Assembly: GCF_006345805.1 (NCBI RefSeq)
Contig: NC_043004.1
Span: 65,472,001-65,536,000 of the forward strand
Reading direction: 5' to 3'
Source: Octopus sinensis
Lineage: Eukaryota
DNA length: 64,000 nt
This document shows positions 25,765 to 37,971 of the stretch, in pieces; the stretch's first letter is position 1, and each line of letters begins with the position of its first letter. A program made the translations under genes and the position numbers. Under the pieces are notes generated by a model. It was not told the origin of the DNA. It saw nothing but the letters and a program-made list of their open reading frames with translations, and ran no database searches.

Positions 25765-26569
25765 TAATAATAATAATAATATCGAAAAATACCTTAGGAA
25801 TGAGAACCCATGTTCGAAATTTCCCCAAGACACCTAATGAAGACTGGAGGGTATATCAGCCGAAAGTTTGTGTTAACAATAAACAAGATGAGGACAAATA
25901 TCCGTCAGATGTAAATAATATAAATAATGTAAATATGTAAGAGACTATTCTCCCTTGAAATCAACATCCCGTCAGATTATGCGGGGTGTGGGGTATATCG
26001 GATTTTGTACACATATAAAACCCCAAGTAGGTAGGATTGTCAAAGAAGGAATAGCTTTGAACATAGGACAATCTGGATTTAGATAAAAACATAAGACTTG
26101 TTGAAAACCGTAAAACCAGTAAGCAATAATGATTTATTTGCTGAAGCGTGAAAATTCTACGGTTATTTTGAAACTGTAAATGGTTAGAAGTTGGTTGGGA
26201 AGCCTATAGATATGTAAATTCTGTAGAAGCAGTTTTTTTATATCTGAAATATTTGCTTTTTGAAATCGTGTAAAATCTACATATGTAGCACTGAAAGAAC
26301 AGTGTCAGGAAAGCGGCTCTTCGAACGCCGTTTTCTTTGCTATACACTTGTCATATTTCCTAACTTGATGCTTCTTATTTATTATTTTGCACTTATCGAC
26401 AAGGTGTAAACAATATTCACCATGGAATGAAAATTCAAGTCATATCGTATCATTAACGCTGTTCTGTCATTGTAAATTCACGTTAGTAAGGCATTAACAT
26501 ACCGTAATTGAATGTAGATCTTTAATCTTTTGTCATCAATCTTTTGTCTTTTATATTTTATTTTTTTAC

Positions 26570-26985
26570 TTATTTCAGTCATCAGAGTGCAACCATGCAC
26601 ACACGCGCGCACACCTACACCCAGGCACAGACAAACAGACGGACCGACACACGCACACCCACACACAAACACACACATATATATATATATATATATACGA
26701 TGGGCTTCCTTCAGTTTCCATCTACATAATATATTCATTAGGCTTTGGTTGGAACGAGGCTATAGTATCATTTACCTGCTTTATCTTTTACTTGTTTCAG
26801 TCATTAGAATGCGGCCATGCTGGGGCAATGCCTTGAATTTTTAGTCAAATGAATCGACCTTAGTGCTTAGTTTCTTGTTAAGCCTGGTACTTATTCGTTC
26901 GGTTTCTTTTGCAGAACTGCCAGGTTACTGGAACGTAAGCACACCAGTACCGGTTGTCAAGCGGTATTGGGGACAAACACAGGCA
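26570..26985 (-). mobile_element. Two adjacent SINE family A fragments
   Basis: Two tail motifs (cttatttcagtcat at about 26570, cttgtttcagtcat at about 26790) plus body motifs. Confidence 0.7.
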
Positions 26986-27149
26986 GGGCCACGCTTTCTC
27001 TCTCTCTCTCTTCCCCCTCTCTCTCTCACATACACACATACACGCACACATATATATATATATGTAGTTATGTGTGTGTATATATGTGTGTTGGAAAAAT
27101 ACCAGAACTGGCTTTTCTGTAGCGCCGACTCAGGGCACGAGTGTCAAGA

Positions 27150-27920
27150 CTAGAAATATATCAGATGCTGAATTTGCTATCGACATAGCTCTGGTGACAA
27201 ACAGAGTGAGAGAGGCAGACGAGTTGATGCAGGAAATGGAGACTGGGTCGATGAGTGTGGGGCTGAAAAGGAACGAATTTTAAACTAAGTATCTAGTAGA
27301 GAACATCAAGAAACCAGCAAAGATTATGAATGTAAGCGGGAAGCCAGTAGAGATGCTTGAGGATTTTCTGTATCTGGGAGCAAAGATTGGAAATATAGAG
27401 GGTGATAGAGTTGAGAGGAAGGGCAAAGCTTGGGCGGCATGCTACAGTTTGATATCTGTATAGAAGTCGGACATTTGTAAATACCTGAAGATCCGTCTCT
27501 TCGTTGCTGCAGTGCAGTCTGTGTTGTTGTACGGGTCTGAGATTTGAGCACTGACCAAGAAACTCACTCTGTTGATGAATGGGTGCTACACGAGAATGCT
27601 GAGGACTGGTCTGAACATTAATCAGTATACACTGAGAATGAAGAACTGAGAGCTGTACGAGATCCTCCTAACAGCTTGACAATAACACAGAGGAGATTAT
27701 GCTTAACGGGACATGCTCACCGTCATTCAGAATTGATACTGCACTGAATGCTCCTGTGGGAGCCCCTACACGAAATACTAGAAGAGGGAGACCGAGGATA
27801 ACATATGTTAATGCCCTAAGGACAGACACTGGTCTCTGGGCGTAACAGCACATGGAAACGAAGGTTAGGGACAAATACCGCTGGGGAGAACTCGTCCATG
27901 GATCTCGGCAATTTTACCAG
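27150..27920 (+). mobile_element. RTE/RTEX-like LINE RT C-terminal half, decayed
   Basis: EFAIDIAL (FADD region mutated), DFLYLG, KGKAWAAC, KIRLF.A.VQSVLLYGSE, GCYTRMLR, RRGRPRITY; several stops. Confidence 0.85.
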
Positions 27921-28236
27921 CTCTAGATAGTGATTTACACTACGAGTGATTTACATACATGCATACACACATACACACACACACACACATACAAACATCC
28001 ATACATACATACATGTATACATACATATATATATATGGGTTTTTTTCTGTTCCCGTTAACCAAATACTCTCAAGAATGAGACCGGTCCGGTGTTATATTA
28101 GAAGACACAAGGCTAAGGTGCCACGCTGTGGAATTGAACACAGGAGCATGTGGTTGGGAAAGAAGTTTGAAACCAGACAATCACAGCTTATATACAACAT
28201 ACTTAATTTAAAATGTTTACTTTTTGTCAGGCGAAT

Positions 28237-28280
28237 TATAAGCGGTCTAATCAGTATCTGGACTGTTGCCATATAGTAAC

Positions 28281-28312
<32 letters not shown>

Positions 28313-29027
28313 TGCGTGAACTCTGCTGTGCATGCATACTAAGTTTTAACGTTGTATCTCACTTCCGGTGTTTACAGCCGTGTCTAGAAGGAACGTGTGT
28401 AGCGTGTGATCACCGCATTGACCATAACAGTGAAAACCGTCATGGCGATACCTGCTCAGAGGCGAACGAAAAGTTGTAGAAAGTGCATGGAGAGGAGTGT
28501 ATAAGATGCACACAAGTGTACGAGTGATTAGGTGTTTCCAAGATTGCTGAAAAATGTCGGTATTAAGGAACGTTCTGGGAGATTTGCAGCCAGCAGAACT
28601 GAGAAAAACATCGCAGATGTGCGTGCAGCTGTGGGGGGAAATCGTCGAATCACCATTCGTGAGTTTACAGAGGATGTGCAGATTAGTTACGGTTCAGTTC
28701 AGTCCATTATCACTGAAGATTCGGGCGTGAGTCGCTTCTCTGTCAATTTTGCGTCAAAACTGCTTGAAGTTGCACAAGATCTTGATTGTGTCGAGAACGA
28801 TGAAAACTTTTTGTAGACCTCTGGGCTGGTATTGACAAGCTTTTAGCAAACTTTGATGCGGATTCTGTGCTCACTTTCTCTGTTATGGTCAATGCGACGA
28901 CCACACGTTCCTTCCAAACACTGCTGTAAACGGCGGAAGTGAGATAGAACGTTAAAGCTTCACTCCGCGGGCTTTAGCTTTGTTACTTTATAGCAACAGT
29001 CCGGATACTTATTGATCATGCCACGTA
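28237..29027 (+). mobile_element. mariner deletion derivative with long inverted ends
   Basis: ERSGR..SRTEKNIADVRAAV..NRRITIRE....ISYGSVQSIITED...KLL..VAQDL..VENDENFL (mariner HTH region); 28249-28283 and 28341-28435 are inverted relative to 28877-29027; TA at the ends. Confidence 0.85.
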
Positions 29028-29219
29028 TAAGTATCATAAATTGTATAGCTTTCGATTTGGTTCTTTGGCTTTACAAATATAGACAGAGGCAAAAATATAT
29101 TTTAAAGAGATATGAAAGGTTCGATTTAGCAGACGACTATTGAATGCATTACAGTGCATTCTACCAGTCACTGAAATTTAAAGATACTTGATCTAGAAGA
29201 AAAAGTACATATATATATA

Positions 29220-29446
29220 AGGTGAGCTGGCAAGATCGTTAGCACGCCGGGCGAAATGCGAAGCCGCATTTCGTCTGCCGTTACGTTCTGAGTTCAAATT
29301 CCGCTGAGGTCGACTTTGCCTTTCATCCTTTCGGGGTCGATAAATAAAGTACCAGTTACGCACTGGGGTCGGTGTAAACGACTTAATCCCGTTGTCTGTC
29401 CTTGTTTGTCCCTTCTATGTTTAGCCCCTTGTGGGCAGTAAAGAAA
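29220..29446 (+). mobile_element. tRNA-derived SINE family B, full length
   Basis: GAGCTGGCAAGATCGTTAGC...GAGTTCAAATTCC; matches 36365, 59515 and 48874. Confidence 0.9.
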
Positions 29447-30119
29447 TATATATATATGTGTATGTAAGTGTGTGAGGGAATGTACGTTTGTAAATAACAT
29501 ACCTTGTTTTCTATCAGGCACTGCTAACAAGTTTCCTTCGGTAAACTCTCCTTTTTATCTTCCCTGATTACTCTTTCTCTCTCTCTGTCACATCAACTCA
29601 CCATTTATAATAGTTTTCTTTTTCTCCAACCGTTACACATTTTCGCTAATAAATATTCTTCTTCTTACTCTCTGTCTGTCTGTCCCTGTCTCTCTCCCTC
29701 CCCCTTTCTTTCTGTCCATATTCAATTTAACATAACGCGTAACATACGTAGGTACATGTGAAGAAAAGCATTATGACTTTTTTAATAAAAATAATTATTA
29801 TTTTAAAATAATAATTAAACGAGCTTACGTTAGAAAGTTCCCCCCTCCCACCTAACAAGCGTTGCTACGTTCATGACCAACCTTTTCGCCTTCTTGTAAT
29901 CATTGCCATCATCACCATTATGAATTTTATTATGATGTGGTTTTATTCTTTCAATTTTGCTTCTATTTGTTGCCAAGTTTCTTTCCGACACCTACGGCAA
30001 TGGCACTAAAGATATAAATTGGTAGGCCATTAAAATCAACACATCATTTTCTTCATTTACAAAATCAAATAAAGTTATGTAGAAATAAAAAGAATATATT
30101 TACACGAAAGGAAATCGTT

Positions 30120-30360
30120 CTCACAGCAACAATGCCCTTCTCAATACGCGTGACTCACCAGTTAAAACAATCTTTTGCACTTCTTGGAGGGTTGGTAGTT
30201 CAGGAATCATTCTCAAATGTTTCTTTTTATTTCCTTTTTCCTCATTTCTCGTGCTCCTACAATCAGTGATATTGTAACAGTCTCGCGATGCCAAGTTATT
30301 TCTATTTCAGTGAGCAAATCGTTATATTTTCTGACCTTGTCAAATATTTTGTCGAAATAT
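30120..30360 (-). mobile_element. R4/Dong-like LINE extreme C-terminus, decayed
   Basis: FDKVRKYNDL..EIEITW...LIVGA..; EVQKIVLTG..VLRRAL*; abuts (ATT)n. Confidence 0.75.
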
Positions 30361-30374
30361 CATCATCATTATTA

Positions 30375-30445
<71 letters not shown>

Positions 30446-30467
30446 GTTATCATCATCATTATTATTG

Positions 30468-30926
30468 AGTGAGAGCACTGTGTGTGCCATCAAAGTGGCA
30501 CTAGGGTAAAATATACGAAGCCCAGTGTACCCATCATGACTACCCGTCTGATAGGATACACTAGGCATATGCATCACAACCATATTTGTGCGACATGGTG
30601 ATCTCATATCAAGATAAACAGTACATGACCTTGCAGTTGGGCCCAAGTTACAATTTTCTTCTGGTCGAGTAACCCATTTCGCTGTGTAAAGGTTGTTTAA
30701 GGATGTTGAACAAAACACCCATCTTTCCAGAAGTGAATTATTCAAACCCCAAAGAATCCCTCTCAACACATGGTTATGATGCTCCCCTACTACTTCTGTT
30801 CATGATCAGAGATGCACATATCGTCAGCCAATAAGGGACATGCTCAAATGGTTATGGTCAAAGAACTGATAAGCAAATCTGTGGTATTGAGCAGAATATT
30901 TGCTGTAGCCCATATTTTATAGCAAG
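30468..30926. mobile_element. Non-coding interspersed repeat embedded between (ATT)n tracts
   Basis: 30770-30926 is the reverse complement of 32590-32750; both copies are flanked by AAT/ATT arrays. Confidence 0.7.
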
Positions 30927-31008
<82 letters not shown>

Positions 31009-31441
31009 GTGGGTAGCGATTTTCTTCACTACTTCAGGGAGTGACGACCCTGCCTGACACGAGTCTCGGGCTCAGCTGGCATCGGCTGACAGTACCCGGT
31101 ATGGGTCCCTATCTAGGCTTACGGAAAGGAAACAACCTTTAAAGAAATCCGTAAGGGAGCCCCGTAGGTGGTTTAGTGTTCGACTGGACATTCTTCCGGC
31201 AGCTCCTGCAACCAAGCTGGTGCCAAACGTAATGCTCTGCACTCCTTTGGACTACATCAGCAAGGTCGAGAGTGGAATACTGACGATTGGGCAACCCAGG
31301 ATTTTCTTACATCTAGCCCAGGCCTGCGCAAAACTGGGGAGGACATGAAATGTAAAAATCAGACTGGATAAGTTTATGCGCAACTCCATTGTCTCCCAAG
31401 ACAAAAGGATGCCAACAACAATAACAACAACAAGAAATTAA

Positions 31442-31487
<46 letters not shown>

Positions 31488-31589
31488 GTTGTTGTTGTTG
31501 TTGTTATTATTATTGAGTTCAAATTCCGATTTGCATTCCATCCTTTCGAGAAAAAAAAATGATAAAAGGTAAAAGGAAAATATAAGAGA

Positions 31590-32395
31590 AAAGGAAAGAA
31601 AATTCACAGTGACAACATTTTACTCAATGCGCATGACGTACCATTTAAGACAATCTTTTGCATTTCCTGCATGTATGGTAAACCAGGGATCATCCTCCAA
31701 TAATTTTCAGTTCCTTTTTTGATTATTCCAAGTGATCCTACAATCACTGATATTGTAACCGACTTGACATGCCACAGTTTTCGACTTTGATCAGAAAATC
31801 TTTATATTTTCTGAGCTTATCAAATTCTTTTCTCAAGATATTATTTTCTGTTAAGTTCACTTGTAAGAGGTATTAGAGCTATGCCAAAAATTAGAGTTGA
31901 AAGTGAATCACCTAGGAAAATGCTGCAGTTGATATTAATATTGTTTGTAGTCAGTGCTCCCTTAGTGTGGTATAATTGGAGATTCGTATTCCACACTCTC
32001 AAGTTGTGCTGCAGGAAGTTTTGTATTACAGGAGAAAATTTTGAAGCTATCCAGCGATTTCAAGATCCATGAATGCGGTATGCTGTCAAAGGCCTTTTCA
32101 TAATCAATCCAGTGAGATTTCTATGTTTGTTATGACAGTTCTCAAGAATCATGCAATCGATCAGGAGTTAATCCTTTCATCCATATGAGCACCGTTGGCG
32201 CCCCTTTTGTTCAATGGGGAAAATACTATTCTGCTTCATAAATGCGTATGCGTTCTCCACGAGGATGTATGTTAATATTTTTTACTTAGAAGATTGACAG
32301 GTTCTGGGTCAATAGATTTTTGGAAATTTGGTTTCATTGTTCTCTAGAAGTAGTTAAAACCACTTGCTAACCAATCAGGTGGTTCCTTAGGACCT
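31590..32395 (-). mobile_element. R4/Dong-like LINE relic, RT core fused by deletion to the REL C-terminus
   Basis: PPDWLASG, FPIEQKG...SYG.KD.LLID.MILENC, WNTNLQL, IFLGDSLS; then DKLRKYKD, VIVGSLGIIKKG, MQKIVLNGTS. Confidence 0.8.
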
Positions 32396-32397
32396 CG

Positions 32398-32456
<59 letters not shown>

Positions 32457-32470
32457 TAATAATAATAATG

Positions 32471-32510
<40 letters not shown>

Positions 32511-32514
32511 TAAT

Positions 32515-32752
32515 GCCCTGATGCAGTACCAGACAGTGGCTCTCATGGCTTCTGATCTGAACTGATTGGAAGTGTTACCATGTACATTGTTATGTCTTGG
32601 TATAAAAGATGGGCTACAGCAAATATTCTGCTCAATACCACAGATTTGCTTGTCAGTTGTTTGACCTTAACCGTTGACCATGTCCCTTAGTGGCTGACGA
32701 TATGTGCATCTCTGATCACGAGCAGAAGTAGTGGGGGAGCATCATAGCCATA
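32515..32752. mobile_element. Partial inverted copy of the 30468-30926 repeat
   Basis: gatgggctacagcaaatattctgctcaataccacagatttgc. Confidence 0.7.
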
Positions 32753-32849
32753 ATAATGGCTTCAAATTTACGCACAAGGCCAGCAAGTTAAGGGGAGGGT
32801 GAAGTCGATTACATCGACTCCAGTGTTCAGCTGGAATCGCCGCCTTATC

Positions 32850-32910
<61 letters not shown>

Positions 32911-33437
32911 TAATAATATAATGACAACAACAACATAATAAGAATGAGAAATTGCTTTCACGCTGCATGCGATTAGAGTAATTATTTTTCTCTTCGCATC
33001 GCTTTCTGCATCCTACTTGAAACAGATGTTTATTAATAAATATTTTTATGGCCTTTAGAATTGCAGTTATATGAATATTGTAGGGGGAAAGAAGGATTGT
33101 CATCGTTGTCATTGCTAGGGTTGCTACGGCTGCTGCTGCTGTTGCCCTTGATAATGATGATGATGTTTTCGCTGTTGTTGAAGAGGTATATGAAAATGTT
33201 ATGAAGGATTCGAATTAAACATCTGAACAATCCCTACTGCCAAATGATAGAAATATCCAAGAGAATGAATACCGTCACCGGATTCGTTTACTCAATTTAA
33301 TTCAGGTTTTTGTTTTATATTTTATGTTGTTTGCTTTATATTCTTTAAAACATTTTTTTCGTTTATTCTTTTAGTTATTTCAGTCATTAGATTTAGGCGA
33401 TGTGGGAACATTACCTTAATTCTTTAGTCGATAATAG

Positions 33438-33834
33438 TACTCTTTTACTTGCTTCAGTCATTTGACTGCAGCCATGCTGGAGCACCGCCTTTAGTTAAGC
33501 AAGTCGATCCCAGGACTTATTCTTTGTAAGCCTAGTACTTATTCTATCAGTCTCTTTTGCTGAAGCGCTAAGTTACGGGGACGTAAACACACCAGCATCG
33601 GTTGTCAAGCGATGTTGGGGGGACAAACACAGACACACAAACATATACACACACATACATATATATATATAGATATATACAACGGGTTTCAGTTTATCAA
33701 ATCCACTCACAAGGCTTTGGTCGGCCCGAGGCTATAATAGAAGAGACTTGCCCAAGATGCTATGCAGTGGGAATGAATCCGGAACCATGTGGTTCGTAAG
33801 CAAGCTACTTACCACACAACCACTCCTACGCCTA
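33438..33834 (-). mobile_element. SINE family A, full length
   Basis: Reverse-complement match. Confidence 0.92.
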
Positions 33835-34618
33835 TAATTCATATTTAAAGTTTCGCACTTACTCTATTGACCGAAGCGCTATATTACTGGCATTAAACAA
33901 TCCAACACCAGTCGTGAAGCAATGGGAATTATAAATATAAAAACACCCACATATACACACACGCAAATAGACTCAGTGATATACAAGTGACTGGCTTCCA
34001 CACTGTTTTCGTCAAAATTCCCCACAAGGCCTCGGTCGGTCGTGTAGTAGGTTACACTAACCCAAAGTGGTGTGGTGTGGTGTGGGAATGAACCCGAATC
34101 CATGGGGTTGAGAAGCGAACTTCGTAACAACGTCACGATGCTTACCCCTATATTTAAATTTTATCAATGACATTTCCATTAACTAAAACGAAGGCGTGCT
34201 TCAGTTATTAGACTGCGGTAATGTTGTGGCGACATTCTGAAGAATTAGTGTCCCAAAATCGCCCTCGTAATCACTCCCAAGTCTGGAATTTCAAATGTTC
34301 TCTTTTGCTGACTAGAAACTAGCTGTTAAGCAGTCACGAGAGACAAACACAAAGGGAAGAACCCATACATATACAACCACACACAGACAGACACACATAC
34401 ACACACACACACACGCACGCACACACACACACACATACACGCACGCACGCACACACACGCGATCATGCACACAAGCATACACACACAAACACATACACGC
34501 ACACATACAATCGTAAGTGCACATATACATCTGACGTCACATTTGTTTGGTTCATGATTGAAGTCTTCTCCAATGTGCCGTGCATTGGAAACAAAAAAAA
34601 ACACGAAACCACAAGAAC

Positions 34619-34833
34619 GAGGGGGTGCTGAAAACTCCTTGGTTTTAAGGGTATCGCAAAGGCCTGATTCGAGGCCCAAACTTCCAAGTTCCTTTACAGC
34701 GCTTAAAAAAAACTGAAAGAACCCTACAATAAGTGTGTGAATCTGAGCGGGGAATATGTTGAATAAAATCATAATTAACTGATAGCCATCTATTGTCTTG
34801 TACCCAAAGCGAGGACCTTTTCAGCACTCCCTC
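34619..34833 (+). mobile_element. mariner-derived MITE (about 215 bp)
   Basis: TIR gaggggGTGCTGAAAA / TTTTCAGCACtccctc; internal KCVNL.GEYVE* (mariner C-terminus). Confidence 0.8.
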
Positions 34834-34989
34834 ATATATATATATTCAGTTAAAGATTTAGATAAATTACTCTGTAGATAAATTATTGGGATCCTTTAAA
34901 TTGGTTAGTAGAAAGGAAATCGAAGGCAAGTATGATGCAGCCGTTACTTACTATTCTGTTTATGCCAATTAAGAGTATGTTGTAGATGT

Positions 34990-35126
34990 CATCTCGGTAA
35001 ACTAAGTAAACAAAAGGACCGCTGCAATAAGTGTGTGAATCTGAGAGGGGAATATGTTGAATAAAATCATAAGTAACCGATCGCCCAGAATCTTCTTTTA
35101 TTGAAAGGCAAAAACTTTTCAGCACC
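34990..35126 (+). mobile_element. Same MITE, right half
   Basis: aataagtgtgtgaatctgagaggggaatatgttgaataa...cttttcagcacc. Confidence 0.75.
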
Positions 35127-35659
35127 GTGATTGCGAAGCTAGGTTCTGAATCATAGATAGAGTCAATTGTTGCTGGCGTTGTCGTTGTTGTCGTTGCTAT
35201 TCATGTTGCTTAGATACAAGGAGGGTGTTTTCAAGCAGATCTATGATCATAGGACATTATTAAAGCTACATGGGAAATATCAGGTAAGAATTAGAAGCTT
35301 TGAAAGACAAAGATGGAAGAAAACTTGAAAAATCTTATAATTAATGAGATGTACGTCGTGCCGGTCGGTCACCGCGTTTGTTGGAAGTTGGGAAAAGAAG
35401 CAGAAGACAAAAAGAAAAGAGAAAAGATGAAACTGTAGATTATATTCTTGTTGATGGTGTTGCTGTTGATGATAATGATGATGTTTATGATAACTATAAT
35501 TATGAAGAAGATGAAAAAAAAGTGGGGGAAATGACTAGGAGAGAGATGTAGGCAGAAAACTGAATCGCTGTTAGTTTATGAAATATATATAGAATGTGTT
35601 CGAAATATTACTTTCTTTGTCAGTATGATACAATGCACATTCGACGCTTTCCAAAATGG

Positions 35660-35704
35660 ATTACATATTTATATATATATATACATATATATATGTATAT
35701 ATAT

Positions 35705-35748
<44 letters not shown>

Positions 35749-35752
35749 ATAT

Positions 35753-35820
<68 letters not shown>

Positions 35821-35981
35821 TATATATACATAATATATATATGAATATATATATATATATATATATATACATACATATATGCATACATACATACATACTA
35901 TATGTATATATATATATAAATATATATATATATAATATAATATTGAGGTCTCTTTCATTCTTTTTTGTCTCACCATTTCTA

Positions 35982-36020
<39 letters not shown>
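35660..36020. repeat. (TA)n-rich microsatellite block
   Basis: Direct reading. Confidence 0.95.
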
Positions 36021-36022
<2 letters not shown>

Positions 36023-36090
36023 AATATTTTCATGACAGCGAAATGATGGAATTTAAGTTTACCTACGGAGATAAGAGTAAGAAGATATTC

Positions 36091-36252
36091 TTTTCTACTC
36101 TAGGCACAAGGCCCGAAATTTTAGAGGGAGGGGTTCAGTCGATTAGATCAACTCCAGTACGCAACTGCTACTTAACTTATCGATCCCGAAAGGATGAAAG
36201 ACAAAGTCGACTCTAGCGGAATTTGAACTCAGAACGTAACGACAGACGAAGG
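36091..36252 (-). mobile_element. SINE family B variant, head-truncated
   Basis: aggcacaaggcccgaaattt...cgaaaggatgaaagacaaagtcgac...gaatttgaactcagaacg. Confidence 0.85.
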
Positions 36253-36364
36253 AGTTAGAAGGTATTGGAGGCTACAGAAAGTGAACTCAAGATTTTGATT
36301 GAATGTCCAACACAAAAAGCATGATATCAGCAATATTCTGGTATGATATATATTAATATTAGAA

Positions 36365-36569
36365 AAGGCGGCGAGCTGGCAGAAACGTTAGCACGCCGGG
36401 CTAAATGCTGAGTTCAAATTCCGCCGAGGTCGACTTTGCCTTTCATCCTTTCGGGGTCGATTAAATAAGTACCAGTTACGCACTGGGGTCGATATTATCG
36501 ACTTAATCTGTTTTTCTGCCCTTGTTTGTCCTCTCTGTGTTTAGTCCTTTGTGAGTAGTAAAGAAATAA
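36365..36569 (+). mobile_element. SINE family B
   Basis: aggcggcgagctggcagaaacgttagcacgccggg... Confidence 0.9.
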
Positions 36570-37930
36570 ATATATTAACATTAGAATGTTTAGAATCTTA
36601 TAATTTTAGATTGATTTTTGTAGACAAAATTACTTAAATTTTGGTTTCATATCTGGCATACTTACATCATGCTCATTACGTGTAAAATATCAGAGAAGAG
36701 AAGATTCCTGAATTCATTTAGTAGCATTTGTTAACTTCCACCAAATTTTCAAAATGGAAACGAAAAGAAGTTTAGAAAATAAAAGATTTTTATTGGATAA
36801 AAGAGCTTACTCGGTTTTATAACATATCACAAAGCCAAAAATAGATGAATGATTGCAAGTGAATCATATTAGAACAGGTATTCAGGATTTAGATTAAAAC
36901 AATTGTGTACTTCTTGAAACTAATTACTAGCTTTCAGATTAGCAATTATATTATTCTGGAATTAATTTAAATGCTGTGGAAATTTCCTCCTACAACACCA
37001 GAATCTATCCAATATATCAAAATCAGACATCAGCCTGATTAGTCATTTAGGCTTCCTAATCCGCTGATATAAGAGTTAGTATCGTGTTTATTTGTTTTGT
37101 TTTCTTCCACACAAAAGAAAGAAAACATTTTCAATAAGACTCATTTATAAAGCTTCTGCATGGACTCTTATCTTGCTAGACGAAGCAGGCATGCTTCTTC
37201 TCTAAAATCACATCTCGCCATTTTTTAAAAGCGCATTAAATGATTTAATGGTATCTTATTCTTAATAAGTAGGTTAATGATGTTTGGAAGTATCTGCTCA
37301 ATCAGGGAAGATTCAGGTGAAATTTCCAGTATATTTGAAATAGTTCTACCTGCTAAAATTAGCAGGTAAGTTCCTGAATTTTTTTACTATGTTCAAAAGA
37401 TCATCACTGTTCTAGATATAAAAATATAATAAAATATTTGTTGATACAAGTGCTCAACAAAGCTAGAGCTGGGGTAGAGCAACGACAACATTATTTAATC
37501 AATTTGAAGAGATAAATAAATGGTATGTTGTTATGATGCTCATCCATTTACCAAACAGATTGGCATTATAAGGAAAATAAACTGATTTTTTTCTTCTGTT
37601 GTAATAGCTTCTTGTTTCTCGAAGTTTCCCAGTCGAGTCGGGTGTTTGTCATTTCGATACAGCTATTTTGCAGTCGCCCATTAAGTATCACTGATTCAAT
37701 TTTGAATTATTTGATACCAGCCTCTCTTTCTGTTTCTGCTCTATCTGCCTGACTGCCTGCTTGTCTGTTTGTATGTCTGCCTGCCTGTCGGTCTGCCTAT
37801 CGGTCTGCCTGTCTATATGCCCGTCTGTCTGTCTGTGTCCATATTTATCTCTGTTAGCATATTTCACTTATCCGTTTGAGGAGAGGAAATGTGTTTATAT
37901 CAGTCGTGTTTAATTAATAAACTGTAATAC

Positions 37931-37971
<41 letters not shown>

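Larger units (their letters stand above)
23990..25940 (+). mobile_element. tRNA-head/HHR-tail element split by a LINE inserted in its (AAT)n spacer
   Basis: 24043-24105 gtattggttaagagc...GAGTTCAATACCaggcagtgacc; tail 25780-25940 atcgaaaaataccttaggaatgagaaccc...CTAATGA..GAAAG (decayed HHR). Confidence 0.75.

Noticed and set aside
31008-31340. HDV-like ribozyme in a putative R4/Dong 5' UTR
   Set aside because: Two attempted parses gave P3/L3-like hairpins but no matching P1 and no C-R-A-A J4/2.
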